A stretch of 64,000 nucleotides of DNA from Bdellovibrionia bacterium (GCA_046570065.1 JBKHVM010000002.1:3967-67966), one strand, 5' to 3'; shown: positions 1 to 12,289, numbered from the stretch's first letter. Numbers and translations are program-made. The notes: generated from the letters alone by a model not told the origin.

Positions 1-27
1 TGGTGCAGATGCCGTTCAAGAATAGTC

Positions 28-1455
28 ATGAATGTTTTAAATCGTGATGCCGACACAATTTGTGCTGTGGCGACACCTCCAGGAGTGGGCGGCATCTCGG
101 TTATTAGGGTTAGTGGCCCTAATTCACTTGATATAGTAAAAAGAAGCGCAGGGTTCATTCCCAATGAGCCCGAATCTCACCGAGTATTTTTCGGTAACTT
201 TCGGTCCGCACAGAACAATGAAAATATCGACGAAGTTCTGATTAGCTATTTTAAGCAAGGCAGATCTTTTACAGGTGAAGAAACCTTAGAGATTTCTTGT
301 CATGGTAATCCTGTTATTTGTGAAAGGATCCTTAAAGAGCTACTATCACACGGTGCTCGGCTTGCTGAGCGGGGAGAGTTTACTTACCGTTCTTTTATGA
401 ATGGTAAAATGGATCTTATTCAGGCTGAATCTGTTTTGGAGTTGATAGAGGCCCAGAGCAAGGAGGCAAGCCAGCTTGCCCTACGTCAGCTAAAGGGTTC
501 CCTTTCTGATAAAATCAGAATTATTGATGATAGAATAACTTGGCTTGCAGCCCACATTGAGGCGGGTATTGATTTTTCTACGGAAGACATTGTTATTATT
601 GAACCGGCTTTATTAAAAACAAAACTTACAGAAGTTTTCGATTTGTTAAGTGAGCTTTTAGCAACCTATCAGTATGGTAGGCTGGTAAAAGATGGAATTA
701 AGGTTGTACTAACGGGTCTTCCCAATGTGGGGAAGTCCTCTCTTCTTAATCAACTATTAGAAGATGATAAGGCTATAGTTACGAATATTCCAGGAACAAC
801 CCGCGATCTTATAGATGGCGATACCTTTTATAAGGGCTTTAAGTTTACTTTTATAGACACCGCTGGTTTACGCCAAACTGTGGATCAGGTTGAGGCCATA
901 GGAGTAGAGCGCTCTTATTCAGTTCAAAGAGATGCCGACATTATTTTATTTGTTTACGATTCGTCTCAAGTCCTTAAAGAAGATGAAATAGCGGTTTTGA
1001 ACAAGCTTGATCTGAGTAAAACTTGGGTAATTGCTAATAAGTTTGATCTGCTTAGTGATTCCACTGATTCTGTGACTCAGGCAAATGGTTCCATCCTTAG
1101 TAAAATTTACAGCTCTCATAGTAATCTTAAACTAGATTTAAATTCTCGGATGTTATTTGTTTCGGCTCTTGATAAAAAGGTGCGAGAAGCGATCTTAGAT
1201 CGACTTGCTGGCGAAAATAAAAATCAACACGTGGATTCATCAGCGCTTGTATCAAACGTTAGACATTTTGAGCTACTTACTTTTGCTAAAGGAAATATTC
1301 TTAAGGCATTAGATGTGGCCGAGAGTGCTGATAGTGCTGAGTTTTTAGCTTTCGAGCTCAAAGAAGCACTCATGAAAATTCACGAGGTTTTGGGTCGTCG
1401 GTTTGATGACGAAATTATGGATCGTGTATTTAAAGAGTTTTGCATTGGGAAATAA
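28..1455 (+). CDS. mnmE: tRNA modification GTPase MnmE
   Basis: 475 aa. G-domain motifs GLPNVGKSS (G1), DTAGLR (G3) and NKFD (G4). C-terminal CIGK tetrapeptide typical of MnmE. Followed directly by mnmG. Confidence 0.95.
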   Translation: MNVLNRDADTICAVATPPGVGGISVIRVSGPNSLDIVKRSAGFIPNEPESHRVFFGNFRSAQNNENIDEVLISYFKQGRSFTGEETLEISCHGNPVICERILKELLSHGARLAERGEFTYRSFMNGKMDLIQAESVLELIEAQSKEASQLALRQLKGSLSDKIRIIDDRITWLAAHIEAGIDFSTEDIVIIEPALLKTKLTEVFDLLSELLATYQYGRLVKDGIKVVLTGLPNVGKSSLLNQLLEDDKAIVTNIPGTTRDLIDGDTFYKGFKFTFIDTAGLRQTVDQVEAIGVERSYSVQRDADIILFVYDSSQVLKEDEIAVLNKLDLSKTWVIANKFDLLSDSTDSVTQANGSILSKIYSSHSNLKLDLNSRMLFVSALDKKVREAILDRLAGENKNQHVDSSALVSNVRHFELLTFAKGNILKALDVAESADSAEFLAFELKEALMKIHEVLGRRFDDEIMDRVFKEFCIGK

Positions 1456-1458
1456 TTT

Positions 1459-3348
1459 ATGCGTAATCAATTTGATGTTATAGTAGTTGGTGGTGGTCAT
1501 GCGGGCGTCGAAGCTTGTTTAGCAACTTCACGTCTGGGGCTTCGCACGCTACTGGTTACTACCAACATCAAGCGGATTGCATATATGAGCTGCAACCCTT
1601 CGATTGGTGGTCTCGCTAAAGGACACATGGTTCGGGAAATCGATGTCCTCGGTGGGCAGATGGGTATTGCAGCCGATAAAACATGTATTCAATTCAAACG
1701 TCTGAATTCTTCTAAGGGCCCTGCAGTCCGCGGTACTCGCGTGCAAAACGATAAGGAAAAGTACTCTCATTACATGACAAGTGTATTGCAGTCACAGCCC
1801 AATCTGACTTTACTCGAAGGTGAAGTAAAAAGACTTCTTTTAGAAAAGAATAGCTGTGTGGGCGTAGTACTTCAAGATGGTAGCGAGATATCCTCTCTAA
1901 CAACCGTTATCACCACGGGTACTTTTATGAATGGAGTGATGCACTTTGGATTAAAGCAAATTCAAGGTGGACGCGTAGGCGACTCCGCTTCTGTAGGATT
2001 GTCTGATCAATTGGCTGAATTTGGTTTTGAAGTAAAAAGACTTAAAACTGGTACTCCCGCTCGACTATTTAAAGATTCTATTGATTGGTCTAAGACAATT
2101 CCTCAATATGGGGATTCTCAACACTATCCTTTCAGCTTTAGAACTAAAAAATTTCCGGAACTTGAGCAAGTGGCGTGTTATCTCACTCGCACTAATGAAA
2201 AGACTCACGAGATTATACGCAACAATCTCGATAAATCTCCCATGTTTTGTGGAAACATTGAGGGTACAGGGCCACGCTATTGTCCTTCTATCGAAGATAA
2301 GATCACAAGGTTTGCAGACAGAGACAGTCATCAAAGCTTTTTAGAGCCTGAAGGTTTAGATAGCGATCTCATTTATGTTCAGGGCATTTCGACCTCTTTA
2401 CCTGAAGAAGTGCAGGATGAGTTTCTTAGAACAATACCTGGTTTAGAAGAAGTTAAGATCGCTCGCTATGGTTATGCTGTTGAATATGATTATATTGAAC
2501 CAACGCAGATTTGGCACCGTCTTGAAACACGCACGGTCGCTAATTTATTTCTTGCTGGCCAAATTAACGGAACAAGTGGCTATGAAGAAGCCGCCGCTCA
2601 GGGTTTTATTGCCGGTATAAACGCAGCTCACAAAATATTAGGTCGAGAAGAATTTATTCTTGGGAGAGACCAAGCTTACATTGGTGTTTTAATTGATGAT
2701 CTTGTTACGAAAGGCACTCGAGAGCCTTATCGTATGTTTACATCTCGAGCCGAACATCGTCTTGTTTTAAGAGAAGATAATACTATCGATAGGTTAGGGT
2801 CTTTATCGATTGGGTTGGGTTTACTAGAAAATTCATCGTTGGATTACTTAGCTAACCTCAGAGAAAGACGCACTTCTTTACTGCAATCACTGCGCGAGAC
2901 TAAACTTTATCCTAAAGCAGAAGTGCAGAGCTTAGTCGAGAGTTTTGGAACTCCTGTTTTAACAAAGTCTCTTAGTTTTGAGGAGTTTCTGCGCCGACCC
3001 GAGATTAATTGTTCACACTTATCAGCATTAGGATTTGCCGTAGACAATGATCCTAATGTTAGTGAAGCAGTTGAGATTGAAGTTAAATACAGTGGTTATG
3101 TAAAGCGACAACTAGAACTCATCAATCAATCTAAAAAAATGGAAGAGCTGTTGTTGCCTTCTGATATTAATTATAGAGCCATAAGAGGTTTATCTAACGA
3201 AGAAGTCGATAAGCTTAATGCCGTATTACCTAGGACATTGGGCCAAGCTCAACGCATCAGCGGAGTGAATCCTTCAGCAATTCAAGCAATCATGATACAC
3301 TTAAAGTCTAAAAAGAATGAGGTTTTAAGTGGGAGAGATTCAATCTGA
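1459..3348 (+). CDS. mnmG: tRNA uridine 5-carboxymethylaminomethyl modification enzyme MnmG (GidA)
   Basis: 629 aa. N-terminal FAD fold DVIVVGGGHAGVEA. Full-length GidA-like sequence in the classic mnmE-mnmG-rsmG synteny. Confidence 0.95.
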   Translation: MRNQFDVIVVGGGHAGVEACLATSRLGLRTLLVTTNIKRIAYMSCNPSIGGLAKGHMVREIDVLGGQMGIAADKTCIQFKRLNSSKGPAVRGTRVQNDKEKYSHYMTSVLQSQPNLTLLEGEVKRLLLEKNSCVGVVLQDGSEISSLTTVITTGTFMNGVMHFGLKQIQGGRVGDSASVGLSDQLAEFGFEVKRLKTGTPARLFKDSIDWSKTIPQYGDSQHYPFSFRTKKFPELEQVACYLTRTNEKTHEIIRNNLDKSPMFCGNIEGTGPRYCPSIEDKITRFADRDSHQSFLEPEGLDSDLIYVQGISTSLPEEVQDEFLRTIPGLEEVKIARYGYAVEYDYIEPTQIWHRLETRTVANLFLAGQINGTSGYEEAAAQGFIAGINAAHKILGREEFILGRDQAYIGVLIDDLVTKGTREPYRMFTSRAEHRLVLREDNTIDRLGSLSIGLGLLENSSLDYLANLRERRTSLLQSLRETKLYPKAEVQSLVESFGTPVLTKSLSFEEFLRRPEINCSHLSALGFAVDNDPNVSEAVEIEVKYSGYVKRQLELINQSKKMEELLLPSDINYRAIRGLSNEEVDKLNAVLPRTLGQAQRISGVNPSAIQAIMIHLKSKKNEVLSGRDSI

Positions 3349-3985
3349 CTCTAGTGGGTGGCGCATCAGTGAATGGTTTCCCGATATTTCTGATTCGCAG
3401 AATAAACAATTAAAGGTTTATTTTGATTCCTTTTTGGCCGCCAATAAGACTTTTGCATTGTTGCCTTCAAAGTATTCGACAGGTATCGACTCGAATCTTT
3501 TCGCAGACAGCATTTTATCATCTCGAATAATCTTTAAATCTGTTTCGGCACTAAAAGAGATTTATGATTTTAGTGGGTCGCCTGGGTTTCCCGGATTGGT
3601 GATGGCGATTTTATATCCAGAGGTGAAGGTTAACATTCTTGCTCCCGAGGCCAAGAAGTTCGACTTTCTGCGGCAGACGGTTCTAGTTCTTGGTCTCACA
3701 AATGTTAATTTAATACAAAAGTCCATAGAGGGATTGCCAGATTCATCTGTGCAGGTCGCTGTGATTCGTGGGGTTAACACGATTACTAGGAATTTGTTAA
3801 ACTGTAGAAAGAGCCTTACAAAAGGCGGGGTTTTATTTCACATTAAAGGCGAGGAGTGGGGGCTAGAGGTTTCTGAGATACCTACACAGCTTTGTTCGAT
3901 ATGGACCCCATCATTAGTTAGCGATTATAAACTACCCGTAGGTGCCCTGAAGTTTTCTGTAGTTAAGACGGATAAAATTCAATAG
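3329..3985 (+). CDS. rsmG: 16S rRNA (guanine527-N7)-methyltransferase RsmG (GidB)
   Basis: 218 aa. GTG start with GAGG 6 nt upstream, overlapping the mnmG 3' end. SAM-binding motif DFSGSPGFPGLVMAI. Canonical position after mnmG. Confidence 0.8.
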   Translation: MGEIQSDSSGWRISEWFPDISDSQNKQLKVYFDSFLAANKTFALLPSKYSTGIDSNLFADSILSSRIIFKSVSALKEIYDFSGSPGFPGLVMAILYPEVKVNILAPEAKKFDFLRQTVLVLGLTNVNLIQKSIEGLPDSSVQVAVIRGVNTITRNLLNCRKSLTKGGVLFHIKGEEWGLEVSEIPTQLCSIWTPSLVSDYKLPVGALKFSVVKTDKIQ

Positions 3986-4001
3986 TGTTCCACGTGGAAC
4001 A
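3986..4001. promoter_or_regulatory. parS: parS centromere site (copy 1), TGTTCCACGTGGAACA
   Basis: Perfect 16-bp palindrome matching the conserved parS consensus tGTTnCACGTGAAACa. It fills exactly the 16 bp between the TAG stops of rsmG and the convergent lipoprotein gene. With those stops it forms a 26-bp perfect palindrome (3981-4006). Confidence 0.85.
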
Positions 4002-4472
4002 CTATTTTTCTGGCTCCAGAACGTTTTGTACTCTCTTTTTGGGATCCCAAGTTCTATTTTGAACCCTGAGTGCCTCAGATGCCTTATAGGCCTCAAACTC
4101 TGTAGGGTCTGGCCAATCTTTACCCTCTTTAAAAGCCTTTTTATATGATAGTTTTGCGTCAGCTTCTCTTTTGGCTTTTGCGACAATTAGATACATTTGT
4201 TCTTGTTTGATGATCTTAAGCTTGCTTTCCGCATCGTAAACTTTCTTTTGGGCCCGCTTTACTTCTCCAGTCTGTGGCTTTGCGTTTTCTAGCTCGAGGC
4301 GAGCATCCTCAAGGGCTTTTGTAGCCGAGGCTAACTCTCCACCAACCAAGGCTTCCTTTGCGGAGATATCATTATAAATAGGATCTTTTAAATGGGGCGT
4401 GGGGTCCTCTTTTTTACAAGAAGACAGAAAGAGTAGCGCAAAAACAAGGACGGTCTTTAGTGTTTTTCTCAT
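4002..4472 (-). CDS. Helical lipoprotein of unknown function, bracketed by two parS sites
   Basis: The ATG at 4472 gives MRKTLKTVLVFALLFLSSC with lipobox LSS|C. The rest is K/E/A-rich and predicted helical. The ORF-track TTG start at 4502 is unlikely. Confidence 0.7.
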   Translation of the reverse strand: MRKTLKTVLVFALLFLSSCKKEDPTPHLKDPIYNDISAKEALVGGELASATKALEDARLELENAKPQTGEVKRAQKKVYDAESKLKIIKQEQMYLIVAKAKREADAKLSYKKAFKEGKDWPDPTEFEAYKASEALRVQNRTWDPKKRVQNVLEPEK

Positions 4473-4488
4473 TGTTCCACGTGGAACA
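4473..4488. promoter_or_regulatory. parS: parS centromere site (copy 2), TGTTCCACGTGGAACA
   Basis: Identical 16-bp palindrome. It abuts the ATG (4470-4472, minus strand) of the lipoprotein gene and lies 82 bp upstream of the parA start. Confidence 0.85.
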
Positions 4489-4520
4489 TCGGAAAAATTC
4501 AAAAAAACATAAGAAGAAAC

Positions 4521-4548
4521 TTGAATCTTTGTAAAAATTGCATATTTT
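4521..4548 (+). promoter_or_regulatory. Candidate sigma70-type promoter for parAB (TTGAAT-N16-TATTTT)
   Basis: Hexamers read by eye 22 bp upstream of the parA start. It overlaps a candidate divergent promoter for the lipoprotein gene (TTACAA-N17-TATGTT on the minus strand, 4506-4534). Confidence 0.3.
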
Positions 4549-4569
4549 CATAGTTCTCAAGGAGGAATT

Positions 4570-5388
4570 ATGGCTAAAACCATTTGTATAGCGAATCAAA
4601 AGGGTGGTGTAGGAAAAACTACGACCTCAGTTAACCTAGCATCAGCACTAGCAACCTTAGGAAAGCGCGTACTTCTCGTCGATATGGATCCTCAGGGTAA
4701 CGCATCTAGTGGTTTGGGCATTAAAAGACACGATGCTCAGGACAATAACTCGTACCATGTGCTTATAGGTGAAAAATCCCTCAGCGAAGTGACACTATCC
4801 ACTTCTAATCCAAATCTAAAGATCTCTACTGCAAACCCAGATTTAGTTGGGGCAGAGATCGAACTTGTAGACATGCCGCATCGTGAATATCGCCTTAAGC
4901 AGGCTATTGCAAACGTATCAGACGAATATGACTTTGTACTCATTGATTGCCCTCCGTCTCTTGGACTTTTGACTTTGAATGCACTCACGGCTGCAGATTC
5001 ATTCTTGGTCCCTTTGCAGTGTGAATATTATGCTCTAGAGGGCTTGAGCCAGTTATTGAATACAGCCGGGCTTATAAAGAAGAACCTCAACCCACAACTT
5101 CACATAGAAGGCATTGTCTTAACAATGTTTGATACGCGCAACAATCTAAGTCACCAAGTGGTTACTGAGATCAAAAATCATTTCGCTGACAAAGTATTCA
5201 ATGCCATCATACCCAGAAATGTTCGTCTCTCTGAAGCCCCTTCACATGGCCAATCAATTTTTGAATATGACCCCAAGTCGATAGGCGCTTCAAAGTACCT
5301 AGAACTAGCTAAAGAAGTGGTTCAGCGCTCAGAAGTTAAAGCCGAAGCTCCTGAACAAAAAGTCTATGGAGGAGATCTAAATGTCTAA
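4570..5388 (+). CDS. parA: Chromosome partitioning ATPase ParA (Soj)
   Basis: 272 aa. Deviant Walker A NQKGGVGKTTT. Strong RBS AAGGAGG. Overlaps the parB start. Confidence 0.95.
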   Translation: MAKTICIANQKGGVGKTTTSVNLASALATLGKRVLLVDMDPQGNASSGLGIKRHDAQDNNSYHVLIGEKSLSEVTLSTSNPNLKISTANPDLVGAEIELVDMPHREYRLKQAIANVSDEYDFVLIDCPPSLGLLTLNALTAADSFLVPLQCEYYALEGLSQLLNTAGLIKKNLNPQLHIEGIVLTMFDTRNNLSHQVVTEIKNHFADKVFNAIIPRNVRLSEAPSHGQSIFEYDPKSIGASKYLELAKEVVQRSEVKAEAPEQKVYGGDLNV

Positions 5389-6415
5389 TATCTCAAATGA
5401 TAGCCAAAACAAAAAGAAAGGGCTTGGTCGTGGACTAGGCTCTCTCCTCGGCGGATCTGCGACGACACCTGAGATGTCAGCTTCACCACAAAATCTGCCT
5501 ATTCAGGCTAGCCAAACGTCTGCCAAGGTTGCAACACCAGTGGGGGCTGTTGCTGCCGGGTCTCCAACAATTGTAACTACAGCTCAAGCAGTTCCAGTAG
5601 ACCCAGAGTCAAAGATTTGGAAAGTAGCAATTGAAAAGCTTCAGCCAGGCCAGTATCAGCCGCGAAGTGTTTTTGAAAAGCAACCACTTCAAGAGCTAGC
5701 AAACTCAATAAAAGAGAATGGAATACTTCAGCCTATCGTTGCCCGCAGAACGCAGGCTGGTAAATTAGAGATTATTGCCGGCGAAAGAAGATGGCGCGCT
5801 GCCCAGCTTGCGGGATTAAATGAAGTTCCAGTAATCCTTAAGACTTTCAATGATAAAGAAGCTCTTGAGTTAGCGATAGTTGAAAACATACAGCGTGAAG
5901 ATTTAAACCCCATAGATGAAGCTGAGGGCTATCAAAGACTTATTTCTGAGTTCAACCTAACTCAACAGCAGGTTGCAGATAAGGTTGGTAAAGAGCGCGC
6001 AACAGTAGCCAATGCTGTTCGCCTTTTGGCCTTACCAGAAAGCCTTAAAGATTTTGTTGCAAAAAAACAACTATCGGTTGGTCATGCTAAGGTGCTTTTG
6101 GGTTTGAGTGACCTAAAAAAGCAGATGGAATTTGCTAAACTAGCCATGGAAGATAAGCTTCCCGTCAGAAAGCTAGAAAAACTAGTTCAACAATATAATA
6201 GTCAGGACAACAGTTTAGAAGCTAAGGATGCTACCTTTGAATCAAATGTTACGTCTCGTCTAATTGCTGGATTATCAGAAGAGTTGCAAAAGATGTTGGG
6301 AACCAAGGTTTCCATAGACTATACTCAGGGCAAGGGTAAAATTAGCATTCAATTTTATTCCGATGATGAGTTAACCCAAATTGTAGAAAAGTTGAGAGAA
6401 GGATGTCAGAAGTAA
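5381..6415 (+). CDS. parB: Chromosome partitioning protein ParB (Spo0J)
   Basis: 344 aa. ParB box GERRWRAA (CTPase/arginine patch). HTH region QQQVADKVGKERATVANAVRLL. Roughly 80-aa disordered N-terminal extension. Confidence 0.95.
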   Translation: MSNISNDSQNKKKGLGRGLGSLLGGSATTPEMSASPQNLPIQASQTSAKVATPVGAVAAGSPTIVTTAQAVPVDPESKIWKVAIEKLQPGQYQPRSVFEKQPLQELANSIKENGILQPIVARRTQAGKLEIIAGERRWRAAQLAGLNEVPVILKTFNDKEALELAIVENIQREDLNPIDEAEGYQRLISEFNLTQQQVADKVGKERATVANAVRLLALPESLKDFVAKKQLSVGHAKVLLGLSDLKKQMEFAKLAMEDKLPVRKLEKLVQQYNSQDNSLEAKDATFESNVTSRLIAGLSEELQKMLGTKVSIDYTQGKGKISIQFYSDDELTQIVEKLREGCQK

Positions 6416-6768
6416 AAAACAGAGACTTCGAGCAAACCGACATAACCAATCAAGTGACGGCAATTCTTGATAAGGGTTGCCTATTTGAGGGAAAGCTCAG
6501 CTTTGAAGGCACTGCACAGGTTGGAGGCAACTTTAAGGGTGAGATCTATACTAATGACACCATTGTTATTAACTCATCCGCTGAAGTATTTGCTCAAATT
6601 GAAGCCGAAACCATCATAATAAGTGGTAAAGTTGAGGGAAATCTCTTTGCTCGCAAAAGAGTAATAATGCACCCACCCGCTGTGTTTAAAGGCACAGTTA
6701 CGTCCCCATCTCTTAGAATTGACGAAGGAGTGGTCTTTGAGGGCGCTTCTTACATGCCTAAATCTTAG
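6403..6768 (+). CDS. Bactofilin (polymer-forming cytoskeletal protein, DUF583 type)
   Basis: 121 aa. Repetitive beta-helix pattern (G.F.G.I....I.I......I.A..I.I.GKVEGN...). The start overlaps the parB 3' end by 13 nt. Confidence 0.8.
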   Translation: MSEVKNRDFEQTDITNQVTAILDKGCLFEGKLSFEGTAQVGGNFKGEIYTNDTIVINSSAEVFAQIEAETIIISGKVEGNLFARKRVIMHPPAVFKGTVTSPSLRIDEGVVFEGASYMPKS

Positions 6769-6804
6769 CCACCACAAGTATTATTTTCGACTCCTAATTT
6801 TGCC

Positions 6805-6832
6805 TTGACCCATTTTATTGCAAAATGATAAT
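6805..6832 (+). promoter_or_regulatory. Candidate promoter of the atp operon (TTGACC-N16-GATAAT)
   Basis: Hexamers read by eye about 36 bp upstream of the first atp gene. Confidence 0.35.
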
Positions 6833-6867
6833 CCCGTAGCACACAAAAAAGCAGGGATTTCAATAAA

Positions 6868-7302
6868 ATGGAAATACTCCAACAGATCGGTATCAATCAC
6901 ACGGCACTTTTTCAGTTTGTTATTTTCACAATAACCTTAATCTTTTTGTCTAATGTGGTCTTCAAGCCATATGCAAAAGCGCTTGAACAGCGTGAGCAAA
7001 AAACTAAGGGCGGAGAAGATTTAGCAGTAGAATTGCAGAAGCAAGCTGCTGAACTTCAAAAAGATTATGAAGTTAAGGTAAAAGACTTAACTGAAAAAAT
7101 GAAAAATATTTTTGAAACACACAAAAGCTCTGCACAAAAAGATTCAGAAGTTTTAGTTACCGCTGCAAGAAAACAAGCAGAACAAACTGTTGAAGAAAAC
7201 AGAAAAGTAATCAGCACTGCAGTTTCTCAAGCAAGTAACGATCTCAAAGCACAAACTCCACAGGTCGCGATGATGATCACTCAAAAGCTCATCGGAAAGT
7301 AA
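6868..7302 (+). CDS. atpF: F0F1 ATP synthase subunit b' (second b-type stalk subunit)
   Basis: 144 aa. One N-terminal TM helix followed by a long charged coiled coil. First gene of the atp operon. Confidence 0.7.
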   Translation: MEILQQIGINHTALFQFVIFTITLIFLSNVVFKPYAKALEQREQKTKGGEDLAVELQKQAAELQKDYEVKVKDLTEKMKNIFETHKSSAQKDSEVLVTAARKQAEQTVEENRKVISTAVSQASNDLKAQTPQVAMMITQKLIGK

Positions 7303-7312
7303 TAAGGTGAAC

Positions 7313-7876
7313 ATGAAAAATGTGATTCTATTTCTTACGGCGCTCACTCTACCTTCGTTGACACTGGCAGCTGGTGGCCACCATGGCGACGGCGTTCCAG
7401 TTAAAACAATTATTTATCAACTCATAAACGTAACGATTTTATTTTCTGCCATCATTTACTTTGCCAAAGACACCATAAAACAACTTTTTATTGATAGAAA
7501 GTCTAATTACTTGGCTGCTGCACAAAAGTCAGCTGCAGCAAGAGAAGAAGCAGAAAAGAATTTTGCGGACCTTAAGGCAAAGATACAAAAGTTAGACAGC
7601 ACTAAAGATGAAGAGCTTAAAAAAGCAGAGCAAAATGCTATCCAATTAAAAGCTCAAATTATTAATGAAGCACAAGCCTTGACTCAAAAAATCAAAGATG
7701 AAGCATCATTAACTGTCAAACTAGAAACGCAAAAAGCAGAAGTTCAGTTGCGCAATCAACTTCTAAATGAATCGGTTGCTGCGGCAAAAATGATTTTGGC
7801 TAAAGACATTAATGCCAATGATCACGAAAGACTTCAGAGTGAATTTGTTAAACACGTAGAGGCGGTTAATCCATGA
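7313..7876 (+). CDS. atpF: F0F1 ATP synthase subunit b
   Basis: ATG at 7313 (the ORF track uses GTG at 7307). Signal-like hydrophobic N-terminus, then AAGGHHGDG, then a TM helix and a coiled coil. ATGA overlap with atpH. Confidence 0.7.
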   Translation: MKNVILFLTALTLPSLTLAAGGHHGDGVPVKTIIYQLINVTILFSAIIYFAKDTIKQLFIDRKSNYLAAAQKSAAAREEAEKNFADLKAKIQKLDSTKDEELKKAEQNAIQLKAQIINEAQALTQKIKDEASLTVKLETQKAEVQLRNQLLNESVAAAKMILAKDINANDHERLQSEFVKHVEAVNP

Positions 7877-8421
7877 TTACAAGCGAAGTCTCAAAGAGAT
7901 ATGCAAAGGCGCTCTACTTAGCAGCAAAGCAAGCGAATCAGCAGGCTAAGTATCTTGAGAACCTCAAAACTCTAGAAGTGGCTCTGTTTCAAGACAAAGC
8001 CATCAAAGCCTATTTTTTAAATCCAATGAATTCAGCTGATCAAAAGAGTGCTGTTATTAAAAAGGCGCTCATAGAAAAGAACATCGAGAATGATGTTCTT
8101 AATCTTGTAGTTTTATTAGCAGAAAAATCAAGAATCTCAGCTTTTTCAGAAATTATTGAAGCCTACACGGCTTTAATGGACGCAGAGAGTGGAGTCACTC
8201 GTGGAGTGGTTAAATCAGCTAAGCCGATGACAGCTGCTGCGATCAAAGATCTCGAGAGTAAAATCGAAGGTGTATTGAAAAAGAAAGTGGTTTTAACCAA
8301 CGTTGAAGACGCCAGCATTTTGGGTGGCGTTGTTGCGCATGTTGGTGGTTGGACGTTTGACGATAGCATTGAAACACATTTGAAAAAATTAAATGACGAA
8401 TTAAATAGGAGAGCGAATTAA
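7873..8421 (+). CDS. atpH: F0F1 ATP synthase subunit delta (OSCP)
   Basis: 182 aa. Starts ...RYAKALY... like OSCP and sits between the b and alpha subunit genes. Confidence 0.85.
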   Translation: MITSEVSKRYAKALYLAAKQANQQAKYLENLKTLEVALFQDKAIKAYFLNPMNSADQKSAVIKKALIEKNIENDVLNLVVLLAEKSRISAFSEIIEAYTALMDAESGVTRGVVKSAKPMTAAAIKDLESKIEGVLKKKVVLTNVEDASILGGVVAHVGGWTFDDSIETHLKKLNDELNRRAN

Positions 8422-8423
8422 AA

Positions 8424-9950
8424 ATGGAAAACAAAAACATTCGCGCAGATGAAATTAGCCGCGTATTAAAAGAGCAGATCACTCAATACAACAAGCAGAT
8501 CGATATCAGCGAGACAGGCTCAGTTTTGTCTGTTGGTGATGGTGTTGCTCGTATTTATGGTCTTGAAAATGCAATGGCCGGAGAGCTTGTTGAGTTCTCC
8601 AACAACGTTGCTGGTATGGTTCTTAACTTAGAAGAAAACCATGTCGGTGTTGTTATCTTTGGTGAAGACAGATTCATTAAAGAAGGTGACATCGTAAAGA
8701 GAACTAAAAAAGTTGTTCAAGTTCCAGTGGGCGAAGCTCTTCTTGGTCGCGTAGTTGACGCTCTAGGAAATGCAATTGATGGACGTGGCGCAATTAGCTC
8801 TCCTCACAGCCGCGTCGTTGAGTTAAAAGCACCTGGTATCGTTTATCGTCACCCAGTTGAAGAGCCTCTTCAAACTGGTATTAAGGCTATTGATGCTTTG
8901 ATACCAATTGGACGAGGTCAGCGTGAGTTGATCATTGGTGACCGTCAAACTGGTAAGACTGCAATTGCAATCGATACAATTATCAATCAAAAAGGCCAAG
9001 GCGTTCATTGCTTCTATGTAGCTATCGGTCAAAAACAATCAACTGTTGCTCTTGTTGTTGAAAAACTTCGTGCAGCAGGTGCACTTGAGTACACCACTGT
9101 TATTGCTGCCAATGCATCTGACCCAGCTCCAATGCAGTTCTTGGCTGCTTACTCTGGTACAGCAATGGCTGAGTACTTCAGAGACACTGGCAGACATGCA
9201 CTTATCATTTATGATGATTTGACTAAACAAGCGCAAGCTTACCGTCAATTATCACTTCTGCTTCGTCGTCCGCCAGGTCGTGAAGCATATCCTGGAGACG
9301 TATTCTATCTTCACAGCCGCTTGTTAGAGCGCGCAGCGAAACTTTCTGCCGAAAAAGGTGGTGGTTCACTCACAGCTCTACCAATCATTGAGACTCAAGC
9401 GGGTGATATCTCTGCATACATCCCAACTAACGTTATTTCTATTACAGATGGTCAGATCTTCTTAGAATCAGACCTTTTCTACAAAGGGATTCGTCCTGCA
9501 ATTTCTGTAGGTAAATCAGTATCTCGCGTTGGTGGTGCTGCTCAGATTAAGGCCATGAAACAAGTTGCTGGTTCAATTAAGCTTGAATTAGCTCAGTTCC
9601 GTGCGATGGAAGCATTCGCTGCATTTGCATCTGACTTAGATAAAGCAACACAACAGCAGTTGGCTCGTGGTCGTCGCTTAGTTGAAATCTTAAAGCAAGG
9701 TCAATACACGCCTGTAAAAGTTGAAGAACAGATTGCTGTTATCTTTGCAGCAACTAATGGCTTTGTTGATGCATATCCAGAAGCAGAGGTTAAGTTCTAC
9801 GAATCAGCAATGATCGAGTTCTTAAGAACTAAGCATCCAACTATCTTGACTACTATCTCAGAAAAGAAAGCTATGTCTGACGATATTAAGAAATCACTAG
9901 TTGAAGCGTTGAACGAATTTAAAGCAATTTACCAACCTAAAACAAAGTAA
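8424..9950 (+). CDS. atpA: F0F1 ATP synthase subunit alpha
   Basis: 508 aa. Walker A GDRQTGKT. Highly conserved alpha-subunit sequence throughout. Confidence 0.97.
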   Translation: MENKNIRADEISRVLKEQITQYNKQIDISETGSVLSVGDGVARIYGLENAMAGELVEFSNNVAGMVLNLEENHVGVVIFGEDRFIKEGDIVKRTKKVVQVPVGEALLGRVVDALGNAIDGRGAISSPHSRVVELKAPGIVYRHPVEEPLQTGIKAIDALIPIGRGQRELIIGDRQTGKTAIAIDTIINQKGQGVHCFYVAIGQKQSTVALVVEKLRAAGALEYTTVIAANASDPAPMQFLAAYSGTAMAEYFRDTGRHALIIYDDLTKQAQAYRQLSLLLRRPPGREAYPGDVFYLHSRLLERAAKLSAEKGGGSLTALPIIETQAGDISAYIPTNVISITDGQIFLESDLFYKGIRPAISVGKSVSRVGGAAQIKAMKQVAGSIKLELAQFRAMEAFAAFASDLDKATQQQLARGRRLVEILKQGQYTPVKVEEQIAVIFAATNGFVDAYPEAEVKFYESAMIEFLRTKHPTILTTISEKKAMSDDIKKSLVEALNEFKAIYQPKTK

Positions 9951-9961
9951 TTGGTGTATAA

Positions 9962-12260
<2,299 letters not shown>

Positions 12261-12289
12261 TTGCCATCAGCTCCTAGAAAAGGAAGCTT

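Noticed and set aside
4473-4502. The TTG-initiated 10-codon N-terminal extension of the lipoprotein ORF, as given in the ORF track.
   Set aside because: It would translate through parS and place 10 residues before an otherwise canonical lipoprotein signal peptide. The ATG at 4472 gives MRKTLK...LSSC.
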